Origin: a virus
Lineage: Duplodnaviria; Caudoviricetes
IMG/VR virus record: IMGVR_UViG_3300030708_001462
Coordinates: 1 to 33,975 of that record
DNA length: 33,975 nucleotides
Strand: one strand, 5' to 3'
Shown: piece after piece, positions 1 through 7,600 of the stretch
Layout: the number at the start of each line of letters is the position of its first letter
How positions within the stretch are numbered: the stretch's first letter is position 1
Notes under the pieces: generated by a model
The model's input: the letters and a program-made list of their open reading frames with translations, nothing else
Told to the model about the DNA's origin: nothing
The model's database searches: none
Program-made: the position numbers and the translations under genes

Positions 1-60
1 GGACGATTATATCCGCTGCACAATGTGGAGCACCCCACCTCAGACGCAGGTGGTTTGCAG
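1..60. repeat. Left copy of 60-bp terminal direct repeat (circular assembly overlap)
   Basis: 1-60 is identical to 33916-33975 except C39 vs G33954. Two reading frames run through the junction. Confidence 0.95.
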
Positions 61-465
61 TCGCTTACCCAAGCACCATTGGATACTACGTGCGGAACGA
101 ACGTGCGTTTGCCGACACCATGCCACAGGGATTACAAAAACAATCCATTGACACCAAGTCGACAAACAGGCAAGCACAGCCGCTGCCTAAACACAGCAGT
201 GGGAGAGATGCTTCTACCAACACCACTTGCGACAGTGAACAACAACCCACACACACCGGCCGCATGGAACAGGGATGGAGACCCCAGCGTTCAATATGCG
301 AAGGCGTTCGGAATAACCAAAGAGGAGGCTATTGGGCAACGTTTCCAACTCAATCCCCCGTTTGTAGAAGAGATGATGGGATTCCCAATCGGGTACACCG
401 TCTTAAAGCCCTTGGAAACGCAGTCGTCCCACAGTGTGCAGAGTGGGTCGGACAACAAATCTTAA
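1..465 (+). CDS. Methyltransferase beta polypeptide in overlapping +1 frame, C-terminal part (continues from 33748)
   Basis: Has LPTPCHRDYK and LLPTP repeats and the motif IX-like LNPPFVEEMMGFPIGYT, which the alpha frame lacks. The joined ORF is about 210 aa. Confidence 0.75.
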   Translation, partial: GRLYPLHNVEHPTSDAGGLQSLTQAPLDTTCGTNVRLPTPCHRDYKNNPLTPSRQTGKHSRCLNTAVGEMLLPTPLATVNNNPHTPAAWNRDGDPSVQYAKAFGITKEEAIGQRFQLNPPFVEEMMGFPIGYTVLKPLETQSSHSVQSGSDNKS

Positions 466-506
466 AATCAGGACTATTGGAGGCAGTATGTTCGCAGCGC
501 AACTAA
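3..506 (+). CDS. C5 DNA cytosine methyltransferase, alpha polypeptide, C-terminal part (continues from 33489 across the junction)
   Basis: Frame 3 reads GAPHLRRRWFAV (motif VIII) and ends with RLKALGNAVVPQCAEWVG (motif X). It is in frame with 33489..33975; the joined protein is about 310 aa. Confidence 0.9.
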   Translation, partial: TIISAAQCGAPHLRRRWFAVAYPSTIGYYVRNERAFADTMPQGLQKQSIDTKSTNRQAQPLPKHSSGRDASTNTTCDSEQQPTHTGRMEQGWRPQRSICEGVRNNQRGGYWATFPTQSPVCRRDDGIPNRVHRLKALGNAVVPQCAEWVGQQILKSGLLEAVCSQRN

Positions 507-703
507 AAGAAACTTTATCAACTGTTAACAAATCTGAACTAGCACGTGCTATTGGATGTCACCGTGATACCATCGCCAAGTGGTTGTCAGGCAAGCAAGT
601 ACCGAACGTTAAGTATCTGATGCGCCTATGTGTCTACTTGTACCCTGAAGAGTGGGAGCGTGCCTTTTTACACTTTGGTGTGTTGATAGAGGCGGAAAAA
701 TGA
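488..703 (+). CDS. XRE/Cro-type helix-turn-helix regulator
   Basis: NKSELARAIGCHRDTIAKWLSGKQVP is a typical HTH. GGAGG precedes ATG 488. Confidence 0.85.
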   Translation: MFAAQLKETLSTVNKSELARAIGCHRDTIAKWLSGKQVPNVKYLMRLCVYLYPEEWERAFLHFGVLIEAEK

Positions 704-711
704 GTTATAGT
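683..711 (+). promoter_or_regulatory. sigma70-type promoter for the candidate small RNA
   Basis: TTGATA (683-688), 17-nt spacer, TATAGT (706-711). Confidence 0.65.
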
Positions 712-716
712 ATCCT

Positions 717-766
717 ACATGCTCCTGGCATGGTAGGTTTGGGTAGGTTTGGTCGCCTACCCTTTT
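717..766 (+). ncRNA. Candidate trans-acting small RNA (about 50 nt)
   Basis: Lies between a promoter and an intrinsic terminator. It has a 5' hairpin CATGC-TCCTG-GCATG and the seed TGGTAGGTTT, complementary to AACCTACC leaders elsewhere in the genome. Confidence 0.55.
741..766 (+). terminator. Intrinsic terminator
   Basis: GGGTAGG, 8-nt loop, CCTACCC, followed by TTTTCTGTT. Confidence 0.65.
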
Positions 767-784
767 CTGTTAGTGGTGGTGGTG

Positions 785-1081
785 ATGATTAAGGGATTCG
801 GTATCTGGCTCAATAAAGCAATGCACCGAAACTCAATCAGTACAACCTACATGGCTGATCGGGCAGGACTACATGTAAACACCATTAACAAGTACCTATC
901 TGGAGCGTATGAGCCACGCATGAGCAACCTCATTGTACTTGTCACTGTCATTGCCAACAAAGAGGAGCGCAGCCCTACACAACTAATGTTTGAGGCTATC
1001 ACATCATTAGATGAAATGAAGATGGTAGAGGCCAGGTGGCGTAAAAAAATCAAAAGGAGTTCAGAGGCTGGCCGGCCCTGA
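785..1081 (+). CDS. XRE-type helix-turn-helix regulator
   Basis: STTYMADRAGLHVNTINKYLSGAYEPRMSNL HTH pattern. Start placed at ATG 785. Confidence 0.85.
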   Translation: MIKGFGIWLNKAMHRNSISTTYMADRAGLHVNTINKYLSGAYEPRMSNLIVLVTVIANKEERSPTQLMFEAITSLDEMKMVEARWRKKIKRSSEAGRP

Positions 1082-1086
1082 ACTCC
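1044..1086 (-). terminator. Intrinsic terminator ending the late (minus-strand) block
   Basis: GGAGTTCAG (1056-1064) pairs with CTGAACTCC (1078-1086) and is followed on the minus strand by TTTTGATTTTTTT. It sits where the two transcription blocks converge. Confidence 0.7.
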
Positions 1087-1110
1087 AGTAGTGATTGGTG
1101 TTGTGTAAAC

Positions 1111-1287
1111 TTAACGTTGCTCTTCTCTTGTGTCAACGATTTCCTTTAGAACCTTGAACAACAGTTCAATGAGGTCTTCTGCCAACTCTTGGCGCTCTTC
1201 TTTGGTTAACCCACCACGACTATGCATAACAAGTTTTTTAATAAACAACACAAGTTCTGGTGTAAGTGCAAGTAAATCTTCGTTCAT
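1111..1287 (-). CDS. Small hypothetical protein (58 aa), not in ORF track
   Basis: MNEDLLALTPELVLFIKKLVMHSRGGLTKEERQELAEDLIELLFKVLKEIVDTREEQR. ATGA overlap with the upstream stop. Confidence 0.7.
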   Translation of the reverse strand: MNEDLLALTPELVLFIKKLVMHSRGGLTKEERQELAEDLIELLFKVLKEIVDTREEQR

Positions 1288-1637
1288 TTCTTTTTCCTTC
1301 TAACTGGGGTGACTCTTTTACCACGACCAACACTGCTTTTTTGTGCAACCTTGGAGCGATATTGGCTTTTGCTCATCTCTGAGCGTGTCCGTGGTGTTTT
1401 ACTACTAACACGTTTGGAGGGTCTGCAATAGGGTGTACCTTTTCTTTTTGAGCCACAGGGTTTGCCTGACTGGTCCTTCCACTTTTCCTTACCCCATCGT
1501 TTAAGAGATGCGCCCTTAGATGTCTTGCGTACCTGACCTTTCTTCTTGCGACACTTGGCAATCGCCTGTGATGCACGGGCTGATGGGAAAACTTTGTATC
1601 GGCTCTTGACCGAATGATAGCATGCGTCTTTACTCAT
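1284..1637 (-). CDS. Very basic phage protein (resembles DUF5872-type proteins)
   Basis: DACYHSVKSRYKVFPSARAS..KCRKK, LKRWGKEKW and YCRPSKRVSSKTP motifs recalled from aquatic phages; K/R-rich. Family name is from memory. Confidence 0.7.
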   Translation of the reverse strand: MSKDACYHSVKSRYKVFPSARASQAIAKCRKKKGQVRKTSKGASLKRWGKEKWKDQSGKPCGSKRKGTPYCRPSKRVSSKTPRTRSEMSKSQYRSKVAQKSSVGRGKRVTPVRRKKK

Positions 1638-1664
1638 ACGTATAAGTATACCTGAAGATGCAAG

Positions 1665-1949
1665 TTAACGCATGGATTTTTTACCACGACATTTCCATTT
1701 CTTGCGTGATAAGTTGTTGGGACTGTTGGGGTCGTTACGTTTCTTTGCTGACAGTCGCTTCTTAATCCCTGCACTGCGTGCGCAATAGGAATTTCCCTTC
1801 TTTGTCCCTGGTTGTATACGATCCGTGCCACTCTTCGACTTGCCTGCCTGCCCATAACTGACCTTTCTAGTGCGACCAGTCTTCTTATTTTTGACAACTT
1901 TGACAAATCGTTTACCACGTGCTGGAGTCCGTTTCTTTCTAGTTGGCAT
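1665..1949 (-). CDS. Very basic phage protein (resembles DUF6321-type proteins)
   Basis: SYCARSAGI..NDPNSPNNLSRKKWKC motif; K/R-rich. Family name is from memory. Confidence 0.7.
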   Translation of the reverse strand: MPTRKKRTPARGKRFVKVVKNKKTGRTRKVSYGQAGKSKSGTDRIQPGTKKGNSYCARSAGIKKRLSAKKRNDPNSPNNLSRKKWKCRGKKSMR

Positions 1950-2265
1950 TGTCCACCCTAATCAATGATGCTTTAATCTCACTAATCATTGTACTCAATG
2001 TTGTAACACTCTGCTCTAATAATGACATTCTTTTATCTAGGTCTGTCATCTCCTGCACAATAGTCTCTCTCATTGCCTCTTCTTTTTGCTGCATACCCTC
2101 AATGACAGTGTCATACCTGGCACGCAGTTCTGTCTCTTTTTGTTCTGCCTTTTCTTCACGTTCATCGGCACGACGTTGGAGGTCCTTGTTCTGAGTGTAC
2201 AGGAATACTGCAAACGCAACGTTTGCCCCACCACTCATCAACAGTTGCAAAACTTCGCCTTCCAT
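1939..2265 (-). CDS. Holin-like membrane protein (one TM segment plus coiled coil)
   Basis: GGAGG precedes ATG 2265. The hydrophobic N-terminus LLMSGGANVAFAVFLY is followed by a charged coiled coil. Confidence 0.55.
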   Translation of the reverse strand: MEGEVLQLLMSGGANVAFAVFLYTQNKDLQRRADEREEKAEQKETELRARYDTVIEGMQQKEEAMRETIVQEMTDLDKRMSLLEQSVTTLSTMISEIKASLIRVDNAN

Positions 2266-2283
2266 ATAACCTCCAATGGGAAA

Positions 2284-2307
2284 TGGAGTGCCCCGAAAGG
2301 CACTCCA
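2284..2307 (-). terminator. Stable hairpin after the fibre gene (terminator or processing/stability site)
   Basis: TGGAGTGCC / GGCACTCCA 9-bp stem with a weak U tract. Confidence 0.5.
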
Positions 2308-2321
2308 AACAATCAAACAAC

Positions 2322-3923
2322 TTACAATGAGAAGTACATTACAGTAATTTGGTCGCCTGAGTTGGGGGCCGCACCAAAAGTCACACGTAATACGCCGCCA
2401 CTTCCGCCAGTCGCAGACAATGTGTACTGGTCTTGTCCTGAAGGTGAAGACTCAACAAGACCCATCGCCAAACCGTTTCGGAATACGATAGCACCACCAA
2501 GCATGGTAGCGTCAGCAGCAGAGCCTGCGTCAAACGTTGTGGCAGAACCGTCACCAGCAGACAATGTTTCGTACGATGCCATGAAGTTCAACTTGGCAGC
2601 AGTCACATTTGCATCGGCAATCTTTACTGTCGTTACAGCATTTGATGCTAGGCGAGCAGAGTCTACTGCAGCGTCAGCAATCTTTGCTGCAGTCACAGCA
2701 TCATCAGCAATCTTAGCAGTCTCTACTGCATTTGAAGCAATCTTGGCTGCAGATACAGCATTTGAAGCCAACTGAGTTGCAGTGATACCACCAGAAGCAA
2801 CACTAAGACCACCTGCACCAAGAGCCAACGTACCACCGTCAAGAGATACAATGAGAGAGCCACTAGAGTTCTCAACACCGTTGCCCAAGGTGAGTTTGTC
2901 TGCGGTAATAGACCCCGCAAGTTTTGCAGTGGTCACAGCAGAGTCAGCAATCTTACCTGAAGTTATAGCATTGTCTGCAATCTTACCGCTTGTTACGGAT
3001 GAGTCTTGAAGGGCGGCTGTAGCAACAGAAGCGTCCGCTAACTTTGCTGCAGTTACAGCATCGTCTGCAATCATTAGTGTAGAGATACCACCAGTGGCAA
3101 CTTTAAGTCCGTTAGAACCTGTGGACAAACTTGAACCATCCAGGTTGATACTAGCACTTACAGCAGCAGAACCGTTGTATGTAGCACTTAGACTCAAACC
3201 ACCTGTTGCAGACGCTGTCAAACCATTTAAACTTGAACCAAGAGCAACACCACTAATAGTAGAGTTAGAAAGTTTAGAGTTCGAAATAGACCCGGCCAAC
3301 ATAGCATCGGTGATACCAGCGGCTTTTACACGCAAAGCGTCTGATGAAATCTCAATAGAAGAATCATCTACTTCAACGTCAAGTTGGTCACCAGTTTTAC
3401 TTAATGCTGCTCCAGCAGTAATGTTAGAAGCACCTGTGTACTGACTGAAAGTAAGGTCATTTGTACCAACAACATCAGCACCTTTGTTTGATGTACAAAC
3501 AAATCCCATCTCTCCATTGACAGTACCCTGCTCAATAAACATTGACGCACCAGCAGCATTACTACCAGTTGCCATGTCTGTTGAACGTGCCCAGGCATCA
3601 GCACTACAAATGTAGATACCGTTAGCCGACGACGAACTTTGGTTCTTGACCAAAACTCTGTCTCCAGCAGAAACCGATACACCGTCAATCGTTTGTGTTC
3701 CTGAGAGTGTAATGTTTGCTGTCGTAGCAACCTTACATGAATCTTTGGGGTCAAGACCTGCAGCAACTGAGTCTACGTAACCACGTGTAGCCAGGGCTTG
3801 TGTGTTTGTATCAGAACCAGTGTAACGTACCTGACCTGAGAATGAATAGTTGGACGACCCATCCAGTTTGGTTTGGTCAATCGCATTGTTTTTGATTTGT
3901 TCCTTGGAAACTTGAACTGCCAT
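2322..3923 (-). CDS. Fibre-like virion protein with 10-aa repeats
   Basis: Has a KDSCKVATTANITLSGTQTIDGV..GDRVLVKNQ..NGIY fibre domain and many (A/S)VTxAKIADx repeats; Gly/Ala/Ser-rich. Confidence 0.75.
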   Translation of the reverse strand: MAVQVSKEQIKNNAIDQTKLDGSSNYSFSGQVRYTGSDTNTQALATRGYVDSVAAGLDPKDSCKVATTANITLSGTQTIDGVSVSAGDRVLVKNQSSSSANGIYICSADAWARSTDMATGSNAAGASMFIEQGTVNGEMGFVCTSNKGADVVGTNDLTFSQYTGASNITAGAALSKTGDQLDVEVDDSSIEISSDALRVKAAGITDAMLAGSISNSKLSNSTISGVALGSSLNGLTASATGGLSLSATYNGSAAVSASINLDGSSLSTGSNGLKVATGGISTLMIADDAVTAAKLADASVATAALQDSSVTSGKIADNAITSGKIADSAVTTAKLAGSITADKLTLGNGVENSSGSLIVSLDGGTLALGAGGLSVASGGITATQLASNAVSAAKIASNAVETAKIADDAVTAAKIADAAVDSARLASNAVTTVKIADANVTAAKLNFMASYETLSAGDGSATTFDAGSAADATMLGGAIVFRNGLAMGLVESSPSGQDQYTLSATGGSGGVLRVTFGAAPNSGDQITVMYFSL

Positions 3924-3932
3924 GATAGACTC

Positions 3933-4190
3933 CTATCTAAGTATATATATCACCACAAGTGAGTCATCACTTGCCGGTGTGAACGATGTTGTAAAATTTG
4001 TAACAGACAACTCTCCAATGTCCGTAAACAGTTGGAGGAGTCCATTCCAATATACCTGCAAACTACCTGATTTGTAGTCACTGCTTACTGTGAAACTTTG
4101 GGTAGTACCGTCCGTCTGCGCACTAATGTCTTCATACTCCAGATTGACTTCACCAGCACCAGCCGTTTCAAATGGACTGGCAACTGGCAT
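3933..4190 (-). CDS. Small virion beta-domain protein related to the fibre C-terminus
   Basis: DGTTQSF..VYWNGLLQ..F..TPASDDSLVVIY parallels DGSATTF..VFRNGLAM..FGAAPNSGDQITVMY in 2322..3923. Confidence 0.65.
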   Translation of the reverse strand: MPVASPFETAGAGEVNLEYEDISAQTDGTTQSFTVSSDYKSGSLQVYWNGLLQLFTDIGELSVTNFTTSFTPASDDSLVVIYILR

Positions 4191-4612
4191 TATTCACTCC
4201 AAACAATCTGCGAATAGTCAATCGTAATGTTGCCCGAACCATTGATTTTAAAGAACAGGTATACATCTGCATTGTCAAAATAGGATTGTACTGGGAGTTT
4301 AAACTCATATGCGGCACTACCTGTGGTGGTTGTAGTTACACCTAATGCAATAGTACCTGCTGTATCAGGAAACCATACGTGGTCACCAGCAGCATCCCAA
4401 GTTCCCTTTACTGTAAGACTAGTATTGCTACCGCCTAAACCTGTACAACGCACTATGATTGATTCAATGCGCCCAAGAAACTTACCCGATGTGTCAATCT
4501 GTTCTGGCACTACAAGTGTATGTTTGTGATATTTAGTAGCGTCAAAGTTTTGGGCTACAGTTGCTACATTTGTATCATTGATACTTGGATGGTCGTTGTG
4601 TCTAATGTTCAT
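4190..4612 (-). CDS. Putative virion structural protein
   Basis: Beta-rich 140-aa ORF, translationally coupled on both sides within the structural block. Confidence 0.6.
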   Translation of the reverse strand: MNIRHNDHPSINDTNVATVAQNFDATKYHKHTLVVPEQIDTSGKFLGRIESIIVRCTGLGGSNTSLTVKGTWDAAGDHVWFPDTAGTIALGVTTTTTGSAAYEFKLPVQSYFDNADVYLFFKINGSGNITIDYSQIVWSE

Positions 4613-7600
4613 CGTTCCTCCGATGGGTTGTCTTTTGGTTTAACACGTCTAAGTATAGCACCTTTACCAAGGTCCACCTCTAGGTTTTCTCTCTTGCGGA
4701 GTTCTGAGTTGATTCGCTGTAAGTTTAACAGTTGTTGATCAACTATACTTTTCTGTCGTGCAGGCGTCAAGACACCTGTCAATGCAAGCATACGTTGAAG
4801 TGGAGTTAGCCCTTCATAAGGTGTACCTTGGGGGTTTAGCGCTCTTGAATAATCAGTAAAACCAACCATCATTCCAATAAATCCAATGCCATCTTCAAAT
4901 GCTGCATACTGTTTTTGCTGTGCTTCATTTAGTGGATAGATGTACCCATTCACATTTCCAACTGCATCATGTCCAACAAACTTTGGTTCAATAGTTCCAA
5001 ATCCTGGCATCAAAGAAAATGCGTCTGCAATGGCTTGTGGATCATCATTGTATGCTCCAATTGCATTGATAAACTCTGGTTTGATTTTTTTACTCTTATA
5101 CTTTTCTTCTTTTGTCCCAATAACCATCCCTACTGTTGGAGATAGTAGTTTTCTTGACCGTTCTTGAATGACTGGTAGTGGGCCTTTAGCAAGTATATCA
5201 GTATAAAACATAACGGCTTCAAGAGCAGGAATAGATGGGGACATTAGTAGTTGCCTGTTGTTAGCAAGCCCTTGTTGCTGTCCATAAATCATACGTGTCT
5301 GCGTATACTCTGGCATGTACATTTCATATGGGTATCGCTTTCCATCATTTATGTCAGCAAAAACTGCGTTCATGTCACGCTTTGATTTGTAGATTCGAAC
5401 ATATCTGTTCAACATAGTAGGATTTAATAACGCCCTAGAAAAAGCCGCAATGTTTTGACGTTGAAAGTTCCAAAACACTGTGACCTTCATTACATTTTTA
5501 CGTTCAAAGTCGTACAAATTATTGTAGTCAAACAATGAAACACGTGCCATACCAGTTGCTTCTTCAACTGAACTACCATTTTTGATAGCATCTATAAATA
5601 TTGATGCACGCCACATCATGTCAGTGTGCGTACCAATCTGATTCATAAACTCAATACCACTGTACATATTGTCTATAGCCCACTTACCATACCCAACACC
5701 AGGCTTCTCATATGCTTTGAGGTATCGCATAAGTGACCCATCATTAAACATACTTTTGATAAAGTTGTACTCAGACTTAACACCACTGCGCTCAATCAGT
5801 TCAAACACCTCACGATTGGTAAACGTTAATCCATCAGAACTACGAACCACAACATCATCAGCACCCTTTGCACCTATACGACCACCGTTGCGCACCACAT
5901 TGAATCCTGGTATTGGATTACTAAATCTACCAAGCGTTTGAAATGTCAAGTATGGGGCAGTTAAAAAGTTCATTCCATGAAATCTTGTTCGTGCAGCAAG
6001 TATTCCAAAGTAGAAAATAGGCGTCATAATGTCCATAAACTTCATAACAAAATCAAATGAGCCTGGTTCATTTTGTATAATCTTTTTAAGGTTTTGTTGT
6101 GCCCCTGTGATACCTTGACTTACGTACAGATTTTTAATGTCATCGTAAGAGTCACCAAGAAGTAGGCGACCAAACTTTTCATTGTTTGGTCCAAACATTT
6201 TTGACATTACATCATCTACTTCTGTTAGTGTTGGTGCTGATGTAATGTCAAGGTTTTTGTTTCTCATGATTACTTCTGAATAATCAATGGACTGTCTTGC
6301 CACCTTGTCTATATCTTCAGGAGTAAACACTTCTCCACGAATCAGCGTTTGCAACGTTGAAAAATCAGGGTCAGCCTGTGAGTAGTTTCTAATGTACCAT
6401 TCTAAGGCTTCGCTGACATCTTTGCCTGCCATGTTGATTTGAAAGTTCTCTCTAATGCTAAGTTCATAGTCCCTTAACTGTGTATCTAAATCCTCTTTTA
6501 ATCTAGCATTGTCTGCTTTTAATGCTTCTTGTTCAATGGTTCTGTTTTTAGTTCTACGTGCACGAAGTTGTTTTCTAGTTTGCTCTGCGTCTTTTACATA
6601 TTTACGTTCAAGTTCACGTATCTTTTTGTCACGTTGAGCCCTAAGCACAGTTGCTTCATCACTTCTTCTGCCAGCCTTTTCTATAAGTTTGTTGGCACGT
6701 TGTCGTACATTACTTATGGCTCTTTTTTCTTTCAACTCTCTGTCGTCTTTTAAGCGTTGATTTGCTCTATCGTAGATGTCGTCATGTTTTTGTTTTATGG
6801 CTTCTAACTGCCCAGGTAGTTCGTCATCTAGTTTCTTTTTGGTCGCTTTGACATTTTCTTGCATTGGTTGCATTTCTTCTTTAACAATACGATTGAAATC
6901 AACTTCAATACTCTTGTGTACATCAAGTGTATCTATATCTACCATGTCATTAAGTTTTTTAAGTACTTGCTGAAACTGTGCGTCTTTTACTACACCCTCA
7001 ACGTTCTGAAGTAAAACTTTATACACATCTGTGTTGCGCCAAACAAACGGTAAAGTGTCTCTAATTACTTGCTCAAACAACTCTTGGTCTATTTGAACAT
7101 CAGGTAAAACATTCTGAACGTTTAGTTGTGTTAGTTCTTTATCCACTACATCAGTTAGATAGCGATGATTGATTCGATTTCCTTCTGCATGAAAGTATCC
7201 ACCAACAGTTATTTCTTCCATTAAGTTTTCCAACTCTACATTGGAAACCGTTTTTAATGTTTGATACCCTTGGTCAGGGTCAACCAAACGCACACGTATT
7301 ACCTGGTCAGTTGCTGGGTCAAACCCTAAGATATATGGGTCAGTCTGCAATAGTTCATCTAGTTCATTTACATATTCTTGAAAATACTCCCACATGCGTC
7401 TAGGATTTGCAACAGAACGTTTAGCCAGTTGCTGTATTTCTTCTTCAATAAGTGGTCGTGCAGCAGAAGTCCATATGTTAGAGTTTAATACAGTTGTTAC
7501 ACCTGTAATCTCATCAACAGCACTTGCTGCCATCTTTGTTTGTTTGTCATAAAAACATCGATTAAGCATCCACATTAAAGTGTTTGCCATCTCTTGTTGT

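Noticed and set aside
749-784. N-terminal hydrophobic extension of the second HTH protein (start 749)
   Set aside because: It overlaps the terminator hairpin; ATG 785 gives a normal XRE domain.
2086-3444. Long plus-strand ORFs (2086..2775, 2782..3009, 3094..3444)
   Set aside because: Antisense shadows of the repetitive Ala/Ser-rich fibre gene, with no RBS or motifs.
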